A stretch of 63,176 bases of DNA, counting the filler, from Octopus bimaculoides (lineage: Eukaryota), in assembly GCF_001194135.2 (NCBI RefSeq). It is 7 parts of 6 records of this genome, joined end to end, with 100 filler letters (N's around TTAATTAATTAA, not from the genome) between each part and the next. Parts side by side here need not be neighbours in the genome. Positions count along the whole stretch, not along the records: positions 39,682 to 57,858 come from NC_068982.1; positions 57,959 to 60,158 come from NC_069002.1; positions 60,259 to 63,176 come from NC_068981.1; 4 more parts are not named here. One strand, given 5' to 3'. The translations under genes were made by a program, and so were the position numbers. How positions within the stretch are numbered: position 1 is the stretch's first letter; the number at the start of each line of letters is the position of its first letter. The notes under the pieces are model-generated. The model was not told the origin of the DNA. It saw only the letters and a list, made by a program, of their open reading frames with translations, and made no database searches. Positions 49,261 through 62,291 of the stretch are shown in pieces.

Positions 49261-50320
49261 AGAAACATAAGGACACAATTCTTTTGAATTAGTAGCCATT
49301 CATCATCCGTTTGGAGTCAATTTTTTAGCCCTAAACTAGACATTGTGCTTTCCGTCCCTGTTTATATTTTTATCATCTTTTGTAATATCTATCCCTTGGT
49401 AATCATTCGGTTCAATCAATTGAATTCTGATGTTACACTCCGTTCACCACTTCGAAACCATAATGTGCTTACACGTACAGCTTCTTTAAATGAAATTTCC
49501 CCGTACTCTTCTTATTAGCTATTTACTTATATACATTTTCTGTTGCTTTCCGTGTACACTCTGGTAGTAAAATATATCTACCTCCCTGACTCACTTCATC
49601 CTTAAATCTTCATTCTTTTACTGAAATCATATTTTTTCCTCTTTCGTATACTTCACAGCGCAAGCCTTTACGTACGTACATAGACAAACACATTCACAGA
49701 ATGAATTACGTATACATAAATACTTACAATCTATGTGATATTAAACGGTTGCCTTCTGCCTATTTTAATACCAAAATAGATCCTCTAGCCATCTGATCCC
49801 TCCATAATTAAGTAGAAACATCATTTTTGTGCTATACACTATTTTAATGATGACCATAGAATTTATCAGTTCTGTTTCCTAACGGCAATTATATTTTCCA
49901 ACTTCATTTCTCTTTTGTTGTATCCAAATTTTCCATCCTCAACAAGATTCTTTTCACATATGCGTGATGATATTCATACTATCACTGACTGCCAAACAGA
50001 CCAACATAAACTCGGAAGTCATAAACATTTTCTGTTTCTATATACATAAGCATACACCGTTATCTGTCAGTCTATCTATCTATCCATCTATCTATCTATC
50101 TATCTATCTATCTGTCTGTCCGTCTGTCTGTCTGTCTGTCTGTATGTCTGTCTGTTAATACTACAGAACCCGGAGAGGAAAATATAAACGGGGATTTAAA
50201 CCAAAATGTTTCCTTTAGAGCTAAAACGCGCCTGTACTAACTGGTCAATAGCCAGGAGCTCTAAAGAATTATGTCCCAAGTTTCTCAGAATATGGATTTA
50301 TGTTTTTAAATGCTCAAATT

Positions 50321-50565
50321 CGAGGTAGTATCAAAAAGTTCCCGGACTAGTTCTGTAGCGCGCCAGAAGATGGTAGCACATAGTTGCGCGTGCAATGAGA
50401 ACTAGGCGTGATCTTCATGAGACGGTGTGCCGAGTGACAACACTATGTTCACTTCAAAAGTTGTGAAATTTGTGCTTTTGTGATAACGTGTACACTGTAG
50501 TCTGCGACTTTCGTCAAAGACAGGAAGTTGGAACAAAGGGCCAACGTGAAATTTCATCGGCTTAT
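50321..50565 (+). mobile_element. mariner 5' end fragment (irritans-like)
   Basis: TIR-like CGAGGTAGTATCAAAAAGTTCCCGGACT; DRKLEQRANVKF. Confidence 0.75.
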
Positions 50566-50598
50566 AGCTGAGGATCCATCCATCCATCCGTCCATCCA

Positions 50599-50668
<70 letters not shown>

Positions 50669-52019
50669 GATCGATCGATCTATCTATTTATCCATCTATC
50701 TATCTATCTATCTATCATTTTAACATCAACAACAGTATTTTTCTATCTATGTATACACGCAGATTTATACGTTTTGTTTTATGTATAACTTCTCATGCAC
50801 ATGCTTGCATCTCTAGACATGTCCATATATACTTACATGATAAACTCCTGTATATATGTATGTATGTATGTATGTATTTATGTATACACACATGCACACA
50901 CATCTATGTATAAACATGCAAATGTATATAGNNNNNNNNNNNNNNNNNNNNNNNNNNNNNNNNNNNNNNNNNNNNNNNNNNNNNNNNNNNNNNNNNNNNN
51001 NNNNNNNNNNNNNNNNNNNNNNNNNNNNNNNNNNNNNNNNNNNNNNNNNNNNNNNNNNNNNNNNNNNNNNNNNNNNNNNNNNNNNNNNNNNNNNNNNNNN
51101 NNNNNNNNNNNNNNNNNNNNNNNNNNNNNNNNNNNNNNNNNNNNNNNNNNNNNNNNNNNNNNNNNNNNNNNNNNNNNNNNNNNNNNNNNNNNNNNNNNNN
51201 NNNNNNNNNNNNNNNNNNNNNNNNNNNNNNNNNNNNNNNATCCCTTAAAGCAATTTCATACACACACACACTCACGCACGCACGCACACATGATACGTAT
51301 TCTATCTGCAGGAAATAAGGAGATACAGCGTGGTGCTTTTATATGGAATTTTATCAATGGTTACAGTTTCCTCTCGAATATCTTGTTCTCAGTGTTTTGT
51401 CTAGAAAATTAACTAGATAAAAGTTATTTATATTTTTGTTGTAATTGATGACGTTGTGGGTGTTTAGCCCGAAGCAAGTTCTGGCTGAATAAAAATCTAT
51501 GATGAAAGACATTGAAATGGTTGATTGTTGAGTGTTGTATTGAGAAATAGCATATTTCTGTGCTACATTTTCTTTGTAGTCACTTTTACGACAAATCAGA
51601 AGGAACCTGCGTGTGAAACACGCATTTCGATGCTCCTCGCTTGTCTGAATTAAATTGTCAGTGGACCAGAGCTTCGTACAAATGAATATTTGAATATGTG
51701 ACAGGTACAGCGAGCAGTTTCGTGGACAAGCGTGACGCATTTAATTACTTACTTTACATCTTACATTTGTTCATGGAATTTTTTCTGAGAGTGATGAAAA
51801 TAATACAGTTCGTATTTATTCTGAATCTTGAAAGGGGCAAAAGCAGACGAGAAAGAAAGCGGGAGTGGACCTAGAGACGCTAACGAATGCTAATTTTTAT
51901 TCAGCATTAGCTGGGTGAGATGAAGGATTACCTAAGTGTCTTTATGCATTATATAGTGTACATTTTTAAGTTTGTGGTATATTTCTCGGCCAAACTCACC
52001 CTGTAAAGTAATTCACTTA

Positions 52020-52300
52020 GAAGAAGACCATTTCACTGTGAAACTAAGAGCTTGTTTGGTCACCGCAGCCGTCTCTTCCTGCTGAACCTCTGTGATCACA
52101 CTTACAAGTCTAATGTATGTGATGGGATTGCGCGGATTGGCTTTCACTTCGAAATCACTGAGAGCAAGAAAGAAGACAAATCATGCAGCATCAAGGATGG
52201 ACTTACATCCCAACTTGAAGCTGTGCTACTGTATCCCATTGTCAATAGGCACGAAGAAACTGCCATCATCATCATCATCATCATCAGCAGCAGCATCATT
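52020..52300 (+). mobile_element. Possible decayed RTE-type LINE 3' end
   Basis: CDHTYKSNVCDGIARIGFH loosely resembles the RTE C-terminal C..C....RIG..H motif and is followed by a (CAT)n tail. Confidence 0.3.
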
Positions 52301-52343
52301 ATCACCATCATTGTGTTCACGATCATCCGTATATATGTATATA

Positions 52344-52736
52344 CTCTTTTACTCTTTTACTCTTTTACTTGTTTCAGTCATTTGACTGTGGCCATGCTGG
52401 AGAAACACCTTTAGTCGAGCAAATCGACCGCATGACTTATTCTTTGTAAGCCTAGTATTTATTCTATTTGTTGCTTTTGCCGAACCACTAAGTTACGGGA
52501 CGTAAACACACCAGCATCGGTTGTCAAGCGATGTTGGGGAGACAAAGACCGACACACAAACATATACACACACACATATATATATATACGACAGCTTCTT
52601 TCAGTTTCCGTCCACCAAATCCACTCGCAAGGCTTTGGTCGGCCCAAGGCTATAGTAGAAGACACTTGCCCAAGGTGCCACGCAGTGAGACTGAACCCGG
52701 AACCATGTGGTTCGTAAGCTAGGTACTTACCACACA
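52344..52736 (-). mobile_element. SINE family A, complete
   Basis: Both modules, internal CA/TA tract and (CTCTTTTA)n tail. Confidence 0.93.
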
Positions 52737-52797
52737 CCTACACTACACACACACACTCCTACACACACACTCCTACACACTACACACTCCTACACAC

Positions 52798-52836
<39 letters not shown>

Positions 52837-53968
52837 CTTATCCTCTTCCACATATCCACGAAGTATTCAGTCGTAAGGTGTTGTTTATGTGTGTTATTTA
52901 TCTTACAGCGTAAGTGCATGGGAAACAGATATTCCCTCAAGGGGAGAAAATATTTTCTTTAGTAAGTTGTATTCCCAAATAACCTTGTACATATAGGCGA
53001 GCTGACTATAGTCAAATACCCCACCCCCAATATACTAAATATACCGAATATATCCATACACACACGCATATGCATATATAATACACATACACATTTTCAC
53101 ATGCATACATATATATATACACACATTTTCACATGCATATATACATACACACACATTTATACATACGTACATAAACACATTCATGTATACAGACTACGAA
53201 AACGGTGCACTGTACACTGAACAGACGTTGTTAAAGTTCTATGTATATAATAAGGAACTGACTTATCTCTGCATTACTTAATGTTTAGTAGGCGTACATC
53301 ACGTCTACTTCACCAGATTTCCGGAGAGACAATGACAAGAATTTAAAAGAAATTTAAAATGGCTTCTGGGTATTTAGACTCTCTTAGGTTTTTGCATATC
53401 ACGTGGTTGTTTTTGTTTCTTGCTGTCATAGTGACAATAGGTGTTTTGTTTGTATTTTTTCTTACATTGATATGCGTGCTGCTAACATCAGCTATTTACG
53501 TTGAGCATCACACGTGGTAAGATTGCCAAGATGCTGGCGGCATTCAGTTTGAAGAGTACGATACCTAGTGACGGCTGCTATCACGCTTGGGTAACTGGAT
53601 CGATATAGTAAGATTGTAAGGGATTTCACATGACCGATATATGCCCACATATATCGGTAGAAGGGAATATATTATCTACAGGTAAAAGGGAATATATGCC
53701 CTGCCTAGTTTATGAGTGTGGTCCATCTGGGCTTAGTGGTGGGCAACCCATTTTATCAGTGAATTGAAGTTCATTTACATGTAGCAACAATAAAGATAAT
53801 TCAGTTTTTCCCTTTATTGATACTGCGGTCTGGTGCCCTATGTTCAATTTCTAGCAGAGGGAAAATTGTCAGTTACGAGCTCCATGTGTGTGACCTGACA
53901 AGGGTGTTCCATGTGCTGTTTTAGATGTTGTTTTAAATTTTCCCCCATTGTTCCCCCACATCCTATAG

Positions 53969-54017
53969 AATGTCTACGAAACCCGCCAACGTACTGTCTC
54001 CATCAAGTGGACCCAAC
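53969..54017 (+). CDS. Candidate 49-nt host-gene exon (product unknown)
   Basis: Pyrimidine tract TTTTCCCCCATTGTTCCCCCACATCCTATAG acceptor and GTAAGT donor; GC-richer than the flanks; all three frames open. Confidence 0.4.
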
Positions 54018-54198
54018 GTAAGTATAAGTGAGATTTCCGAGAGCTGAACCAAACACGTGACCTTAAGTGACCAATGAAGAACTAAATACGAGACAGCCCT
54101 TGTGAATTGTTACACTCTCTCCAAACATTTGACTGAGGTGGACGTGACACACACACACAAACAACCTTAAGGAATGTGGAGTTGAATCAAATTGATAG

Positions 54199-54242
<44 letters not shown>

Positions 54243-54514
54243 CGAATACGAAATTGTACATGTATGTGTGTGTGTATATATGCGTGTATGTGCGTGTGTA
54301 CGTATATATGTACGTATGTATAAATATATGTATGTGCGTACGTATGTATGTGTGTGCATTTATATATGTGTATATGTATGTATATGATGATCTCAAGAGC
54401 AAGCAAGGGATCCCCAAAATGTTTAACGCCATTCCTTGCATTTCTGATTTTATATGAAAGTGACCTTCACCTAGTGATATCAGGCATCTTTAAACAATCG
54501 AAAAAATATCATAA

Positions 54515-54700
54515 GCCTAGCGCTTATTCTATCGGTCACTTTTGCCAATCCACTTAGTTACAAGTACGTAGACGCACCAGTGCCGGTTGTCAAGCGTTGG
54601 TGGGCGTTAAATGAAAACAAAAAAGACACACACGCATAGATATTACACAAATATGATGGGTTGCTTTCAGTTTCCGTCTGCCAAATTCACTCACAAGGCT
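54515..54700 (-). mobile_element. SINE family A, partial
   Basis: Both modules partly present. Confidence 0.8.
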
Positions 54701-54727
54701 TATATATTGGTTCATCTTATAAACGAC

Positions 54728-54993
54728 GCATTAATATTCCTCGCACTTTCTGTTGCGTCGTTGCTTTGCTGAACTCCTGAAGTTCAATATACAGCTTTGT
54801 CACTTCTATCAAAGCTTTGAAAAAATGACTATCAAAACCGAAATGCACTCCTCTAAAGTTGCACTAAGAATAAAGACAAGTTAAATTTACTACCTGCTTT
54901 TATAACAAGTTGATGCAGGTAGTTTAACCCGTCCTCACTCCGTCTTTTAATTCCTGCAATTGAAAAAACCGCATTATTTATGGGATGACCCAA
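54728..54993 (-). mobile_element. mariner 5' end fragment, same family as 20876-21409
   Basis: TIR AAAAAACCGCATTATTTATGGGATGACCCAA+TA; colinear with 21140-21409. Confidence 0.88.
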
Positions 54994-55909
54994 TATATAG
55001 AAAGCAAGCTAAGTCCAATACCGGCCAATAAGGTTTATTTTCTCCAACGATTCCTTTCTTACACTGTGGCCATTATGTTTCAATAGCCGTGTCATCAGCG
55101 AGATCTTACTTCATGGGTTCTTTGCCTCTTTGTTACAGCGTCTGGTGTGATGTGATGTGTTTGGTCTTGTGTATGTGCGTGTGTATGTGTGTGGGTACGT
55201 GTGTAAAATGATTGCATAAATGGCAGCAATGTGAAGATGGGGAGCGCTTGGGGGGGCTGCAAAGATCATGTCATTACCCTTCCTCCTCTTCCACCTCCTA
55301 CTTCTCCGCCTCCACCTCCTCCTCCTCCTCCTCCGGCTCCTCCTGCTTCTTTGAGAAAGTTATTAAAAAACATTAACACGAAATAATATTCAGAACNNNN
55401 NNNNNNNNNNNNNNNNNNNNNNNNNNNNNNNNNNNNNNNNNNNNNNNNNNNNNNNNNNNNNNNNNNNNNNNNNNNNNNNNNNNNNNNNNNNNNNNNNNNN
55501 NNNNNNNNNNNNNNNNNNNNNNNNNNNNNNNNNNNNNNNNNNNNNNNNNNNNNNNNNNNNNNNNNNNNNNNNNNNNNNNNNNNNNNNNNNNNNNNNNNNN
55601 NNNNNNNNNNNNNNNNNNNNNNNNNNNNNNNNNNNNNNNNNNNNNNNNNNNNNNNNNNNNNNNNNNNNNNNNNNNNNNNNNNNNNNNNNNNNNNNNNNNN
55701 NNNNNNNNNNNNNNNNNNNNNNNNNNNNNNNNNNNNNNNNNNNNNNNNNNNNNNNNNNNGCAGCTCTATTTATGCGTCTGTGTGTGTTTGTGTATGTCTT
55801 CAGTGCTGTGTGTTTATTTGTATGCGTTTAGTCATATCTGTTTGTGCGCTCGTGTCTGTATGTCTTCATTTTCTATGCATTTGTATTTATAGACCTGTGT
55901 TAGAGTGTG

Positions 55910-55940
<31 letters not shown>

Positions 55941-56346
55941 CATTTTCTGCTTTTGACTGCATGTCTATATTTAGACAAGTGTTTGTGTACCTATGTGTGA
56001 ATGACAGTGTATGAACGTGTGTATGCAAGCGAGTGTGTATGTGTATATATGTATGTGTTCGCTGTATGTGTAAAATTGTATTTGCGAGTGTATGTATAAG
56101 TCTGGTTCATGCGTGTGTGCATGTGTGCGTACATAGATTCTTGTGTTTATGATCGTGTCTGTGTAAATATGTTTGTGTTAGAAAAATGTACGGATATCAT
56201 GTGGTATTTAGACGTTCTATCGATAATTTTAGCCGCGAATTTATCAAAGCACAGAATAGAGAACCACAATACCAGATGGTTAGATTGGTCGATATTATAT
56301 ATAGGGCCGTGTATAATTAGACTGACAGACCTCCGATGTTCGTCGC

Positions 56347-56432
56347 GATGATGGTGATGATGATGATGATAATGATGATGATGATGATAATGATGATGAT
56401 GATGATAATGATGATGATGATGATAATGATGA

Positions 56433-56466
<34 letters not shown>

Positions 56467-56509
56467 GGTGGTGGTGATGAAGATGATGATGATGATGATG
56501 ATGATGATG
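56347..56509. repeat. (GAT)n/(GGT)n microsatellite running into a gap
   Basis: Direct reading. Confidence 0.95.
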
Positions 56510-57587
56510 NNNNNNNNNNNNNNNNNNNNNNNNNNNNNNNNNNNNNNNNNNNNNNNNNNNNNNNNNNNNNNNNNNNNNNNNNNNNNNNNNNNNNNNNNNN
56601 NNNNNNNNNNNNNNNNNNNNNNNNNNNNNNNNNNNNNNNNNNNNNNNNNNNNNNNNNNNNNNNNNNNNNNNNNNNNNNNNNNNNNNNNNNNNNNNNNNNN
56701 NNNNNNNNNNNNNNNNNNNNNNNNNNNNNNNNNNNNNNNNNNNNNNNNNNNNNNNNNNNNNNNNNNNNNNNNNNNNNNNNNNNNNNNNNNNNNNNNNNNN
56801 NNNNNNNNNNNNNNNNNNNNNNNNNNNNNNNNNNNNNNNNNNNNNNNNNNNNNNNNNNNNNNNNNNNNNNNNNNNNNNNNNNNNNNNNNNNNNNNNNNNN
56901 NNNNNNNNNNNNNNNNNNNNNNNNNNNNNNNNNNNNNNNNNNNNNNNNNNNNNNNNNNNNNNNNNNNNNNNNNNNNNNNNNNNNNNNNNNNNNNNNNNNN
57001 NNNNNNNNNNNNNNNNNNNNNNNNNNNNNNNNNNNNNNNNNNNNNNNNNNNNNNNNGTGGTGGTGGTGGAGGTGGTGGTGATGATGATGATGATGATGAT
57101 GGTGATGTCGACGATGATGACGATGATTGAATACATGTAGGAGAAAAACGAGTAAACAAAAGGATAAATAGACGAACGAATATAAGAATGAATGAATGAA
57201 TGAATGAATGAAAGAATCAATCAATCAATCAATCAATCAAATCAATCGATGATCAAATGTATGAAAGTATGAATAAACATCCGAATAAATGGGGGAATAA
57301 AATAGTAAGTGAATAACTGAATGAGAGATGAATGAGTATTAAAAAGAATGAATGATTGATTAAATAAGTGGGTGAATGAGCGAATTACTGAATGAAGTCA
57401 AGAGATGGATGCAAAGAACAAAAGATGCGAATGTTCGCAGACGTAGAGAGAGAGAAAGAAAGAGATACAAAGATAGACAGACCGACAAAAAAATGTAATT
57501 AGCTAACAGGCAAATATGCAAAGAAGCTAGAAGAAATCAATTAGATCCTGGAATGCAAACTCAAATATATATACACAAACAAGCATA

Positions 57588-57958
57588 TTTGACTGCGGCC
57601 ATGCTGGAGCACCGCCTTTAGTCGAGCAAATCGACGGGCTTCTTCCAGTTTCCGTCTACCAAATCCACTCACAAGGTTCTGGTCGGCCCGAGACTATAGT
57701 AGAAGACATTTGCCCAAGGTGCCACGCAGTGGGACTGAACCCAGAAGCATGTGGTTGGTAAGCAAGCTACTTTATTTCATAAATATTTGTCATAAAGTCA
57801 TTACAAATTGGGAACCACACAGCCACTCCTGTGCCTATATATATGTATGTATATATATNNNNNNNNNNNNNNNNNNNNNNNNNNNNNNNNNNNNNNNNNN
57901 NNTTAATTAATTAANNNNNNNNNNNNNNNNNNNNNNNNNNNNNNNNNNNNNNNNNNNN

Positions 57959-57997
<39 letters not shown>

Positions 57998-58150
57998 TAC
58001 GACGGGTTTCTTTTAGTTTCCGTCTATCAAATCCACTCACAAGGCTTTGGTGGGCCCGAGGCTATAGTGGAAGACAGCTGCCCATGGTGTCACGCAATGG
58101 AAATGATCCTAGAACCGTGTGGTTGGTAAGCAAGCTACTTACCACACTGC
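57588..58150 (-). mobile_element. Two SINE family A copies either side of a linker gap
   Basis: 57588-57830 (internally deleted) and 57997-58150 (5' module). Confidence 0.85.
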
Positions 58151-58581
58151 CACTCCTAGGTATGTATGCATGTATGCATGTATATATATANNNNNNNNNN
58201 NNNNNNNNNNNNNNNNNNNNNNNNNNNNNNNNNNNNNNNNNNNNNNNNNNNNNNNNNNNNNNNNNNNNNNNNNNNNNNNNNNNNNNNNNNNNNNNNNNNN
58301 NNNNNNNNNNNNNNNNNNNNNNNNNNNNNNNNNNNNNNNNNNNNNNNNNNNNNNNNNNNNNNNNNNNNNNNNNNNNNNNNNNNNNNNNNNNNNNNNNNNN
58401 NNNNNNNNNNNNNNNNNNNNNNNNNNNNNNNNNNNNNNNNNNNNNNNNNNNNNNNNNNNNNNNNNNNNNNNNNNNNNNNNNNNNNNNNNNNNNNNNNNNN
58501 NNNNNNNNNNNNNNNNNNNNNNNNNNNNNNNNNNNNNNNNNNNNNNNNNNNNNNNNNNNNNNNNNNNNNNNNNNNNNNNNN

Positions 58582-58978
58582 GGCTTCTGTTCTTAATTGA
58601 TTGGAAGTGTTATCATGTACATTGTTTTGTCTTGGTATAAAAAGATGGGCTACAGCAAATATTCTGCTTAATACCACAGATTTGCTTGTCAGTTGTTTGA
58701 CTTTTAACCAGTTGAGCATGTCCCTTGGTGGCTGACGATATGTGCATCTCTGATCACGAGCAGATGTAGTGGGGGAGCATCATAGCCATGTGTTGAGAGG
58801 AGTTCTTTGGGGTTTGAATAATTCACCTTTGGAAACATGGGTGTTTTGCTCAACATCCTTAAACAAACCTTATTCAGGGACCTTTTGAGCGGGATGGGCT
58901 ACTCGACCTGAAAAAAAAGTCTAACTGGGCCCTACTTGCGAGGTCATGCGCTGTTTATCTTGATATGAGATCACCATT
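58582..58978 (-). mobile_element. Family E interspersed repeat (SINE or LINE 3' UTR), 5' truncated
   Basis: Non-coding and GC-balanced; resembles a high-copy octopus repeat (from memory). Only one copy lies in this window, so support is indirect. Confidence 0.5.
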
Positions 58979-60158
58979 GAAAGTGTAACACAATGAATTT
59001 TAGACGGATTTTACTACCAGACGAAGGGTTGCGTCATGGGTACCTCCATGGCAGTTAATTTCGCTAAAGTCTTCATGAAGAAATTCGAGACACAGTTACT
59101 GAAGACATTCAAATCCCTTCATGCTCATGAACCAATACTCTGGTTACGGTTCATTGACAACGTATATTTTGTCTGGGAAGTATCACAGGATAGTTTAATG
59201 AATTTCTTGCATTTCTGTGACTGTTATGCTAGAAACTATGGCTTGAAGTCTAACATAAAATTTACGTCTAGTTTTTCAAAAACTAGCGTTGAATTTTTGG
59301 AGGCAGAATAGTGACAGAGGTGTTTTGCAAACCCACGTCATCCCACATTTATTTCAAATGCCGCTCCGATCATCCACATCATCTTATTCGGTCAAATCCG
59401 AAATCCCAATTATTTTTGGGGAAAAAAACCGATTTGTATTGACATAGAGGATTACTGGAAACATGCAAATGCATTTGTACACCATTATGTCAAACGCAGT
59501 TACAGTGTATCACGATTAAAACAAATAGCAAATGAGATAGCTAGGATTAGCAAAGATAGTCAAACCGTCACGTATAATCTTAGCAAATACAATACAATAC
59601 ATGACAGAATACCTTTAGTGATTAACTGACACTGAAATTTCGCTGGCATTTCGAAAGTGTTGCGTGAAAGTTACCAGCATGTGGCGAAAACATAGCCTCG
59701 TTTCAAACAGATATTTCTTCAGTCGTTTATTGTAACCTTTAGACAAAATAAGAATATAAGAGAATTATTGACCTCTAATTATGACTCTAGGAAAACGAAC
59801 ATTGGAGTATCTGCAGCTGTGCCTTAAAGAACAGCCGCAAGGGAGATAAGCCCTGTTTATTGTGCAACAACATGAGTGAAGTGGATTCCATCAGAAATCA
59901 TAACAGAAATATTATGATTTATACAGAAGGCGGAACATGTAAAGATTCCCATTTGGTGTACGCTGCAGAATGCACGAAACACAACTTAATTTATGTTGGT
60001 TGTACAATAGAACAATTAAACAAAAGATTTAATGGGCACAGATTCGACGTCAGGCACAATAACAGCAGTTCGACAGAACTTGCTGAGCATTTCGTTTCAA
60101 ACGGCTGCAATTTTGAAAAAGAAGTGAAAGGGCATATTCTAAATTTATACAAAATTGT
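58979..60158 (+). pseudogene. Penelope-like element RT (C-terminal half) plus GIY-YIG endonuclease, decayed
   Basis: YYQTKGCVMGTSMAVNFAKVFM..LWLRFIDNVYFVW (RYIDD-like)..IKFT....SVEFL..RIPLV..FRQNKNIRELL..CLLC..TCKDSHLVYAAECTKHNLIYVGCT....KRFNGH..LAEHF. Confidence 0.93.
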
Positions 60159-60415
60159 NNNNNNNNNNNNNNNNNNNNNNNNNNNNNNNNNNNNNNNNNN
60201 NNTTAATTAATTAANNNNNNNNNNNNNNNNNNNNNNNNNNNNNNNNNNNNNNNNNNNNTATTTTCAGAACATACAGGTATTACGAGTGAGGAAGTCTATG
60301 TTGATTCCTATAGAAAATTCTGTCCAAAAGTAGAAAAAATATGCAAATGCACGCATGCGCTTACATCAGAATGAAAGGGAAACGAAAAAGAAAACTCACG
60401 CTGACATATAGTCAC

Positions 60416-60447
<32 letters not shown>

Positions 60448-60897
60448 CAGAGATATATAGAAACATGCGCAGAAGCATAGACACACATATGAGTCCATAC
60501 AAAACGCACGCACACAGCCACACACACACACACACAGAACAGAGATACAGAATGCGTGTATGCATGTATAGATACGCATACGCAGGGTACCCAAAAGAAA
60601 CCGGAATTTTGCAATATTANNNNNNNNNNNNNNNNNNNNNNNNNNNNNNNNNNNNNNNNNNNNNNNNNNNNNNNNNNNNNNNNNNNNNNNNNNNNNNNNN
60701 NNNNNNNNNNNNNNNNNNNNNNNNNNNNNNNNNNNNNNNNNNNNNNNNNNNNNNNNNNNNNNNNNNNNNNNNNNNNNNNNNNNNNNNNNNNNNNNNNNNN
60801 NNNNNNNNNNNNNNNNNNNNNNNNNNNNNNNNNNNNNNNNNNNNNNNNNNNNNNNNNNNNNNNNNNNNNNNNNNNNNNNNNNNNNNNNNNNNNNNNN

Positions 60898-61849
60898 ACA
60901 AAAACTATCTCACATTCATGGTGGCGTGCGCAGGCGTGAGGAAACCACCACTCTCCACTTTGCCACCGGTCGGGGAATTTTTTCGTCTCACCGCGTCTCG
61001 CAAACGCTTCAGAACTGCCAAGTAAAATATCTGGTTAACAGTGTGACCAGGAGGAGCAAATTCTCTGTAGACAATTCCTTTCGCATCGGTGAAACAGATC
61101 AGCATCATCTTGACATTGGACTTTACTTGATGCGCTTTTGTGGGGCGTGGTGACATTGAATGCTTCCATTGACTTGATTGTTGCTTCGTTTCCGGGTCCT
61201 AACCATAGCACCAGCTTTCGTCACCAGTGATGACCTTCGGGAAAAGGTTCGGATCAACTTCCAACTGTTCTTTCAGTTCACGACTGCTTTTGACTGCTTT
61301 TGGTTTTCCGTTAGCAAGCGAGGCACAACTTTTGCTGCAACTCTTTTCATTCACAATTCCTCGCTCAAAATTCATTGGGAGGAGCTCCAGAATACACCAG
61401 TCATATCAACAAGTTCCTCAATTGTTCGGCGACGGTTCTCCAAGATCAGTTCATGAATTTTCGTGACGTTTTCATTCGTTTGGGAGGTTGACGGTCGCCT
61501 GAACAAGATTGGTCTTCAAACGACAAGTGACCATTCCTAAAGCATGGAAATCACTCGTAAACTTCTGTTTTGCTCATGGTAGCATCCTTGTAAGCTGTTT
61601 GAAGCATGACAACTGTTTCGGCCGTCGTTTCCCCACCAGAAAATGGAATTTCATGGAAGTACGCTGTTCCTTCGTTTCAGCCATCGCAAAAGTCGACGAA
61701 CAAGGGAGAAACACTGCAAAACAAAGATGCACCACGTCGCAGTACGACTTCGCTCGACGCCACCGTTTGACTGACTGATGACTGAGAGTTACATCAAGTA
61801 GCCTGAACTACAACGGGCTTGTTCCACGGAGACTTTTGGGTGCTCCTCG
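60898..61849 (-). mobile_element. mariner (irritans-like), 5' two-thirds, decayed; 3' part in gap
   Basis: TIR CGAGGAGCACCCAAAAGTCTCC ends 61849 + TA; ATG at 61684: MAETKEQR..VYE*FPCFRNG..VPRLLTENQK..VITGDESWCYG*DPETKQQSSQW..KGIVYREFAPPGHTVNQIFY. Confidence 0.93.
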
Positions 61850-62184
61850 TATATATGTGGTTTAGATATGTATATATACTGACATACACCTTGGTGAAAG
61901 TGGGGTGGGGAAGAACAAAAAGGTTGTAAGGTCATTAAGATTATTTCAGAGATAAGAAGAATCAGAGACCATTGGGCTAAGTAGTGGTTATCGAAATGTG
62001 AGGGTGTGCGCGTTTGTGCATATGCGAGTGCATATCCGTGCATGTCTCTTTGTACATATAGAAAGAATTTAATTACTTATTTCGGCTCATATTGTTGATA
62101 TATTTGTACCCAAATTTATCAGAGGAAAAATTAATTAAGGTATATAGATATATACGCATAGAACATTATGTATGTGTGCGCGTG

Positions 62185-62241
<57 letters not shown>

Positions 62242-62291
62242 GTGTGTGTGCATGTATGTGTGTGTGCGTGCGTGCGTGTGTGTATGTATAT

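Noticed and set aside
51354-51740. 128-aa minus-strand ORF MRHACPRNCSLYL...
   Set aside because: No recognisable domain, AT-rich codon usage and no convincing splice sites.
59620-59640. In-frame TGA codons as selenocysteine in the PLE
   Set aside because: Positions correspond to expected Trp or other non-Cys residues in a copy that also has TAG stops and frameshifts.
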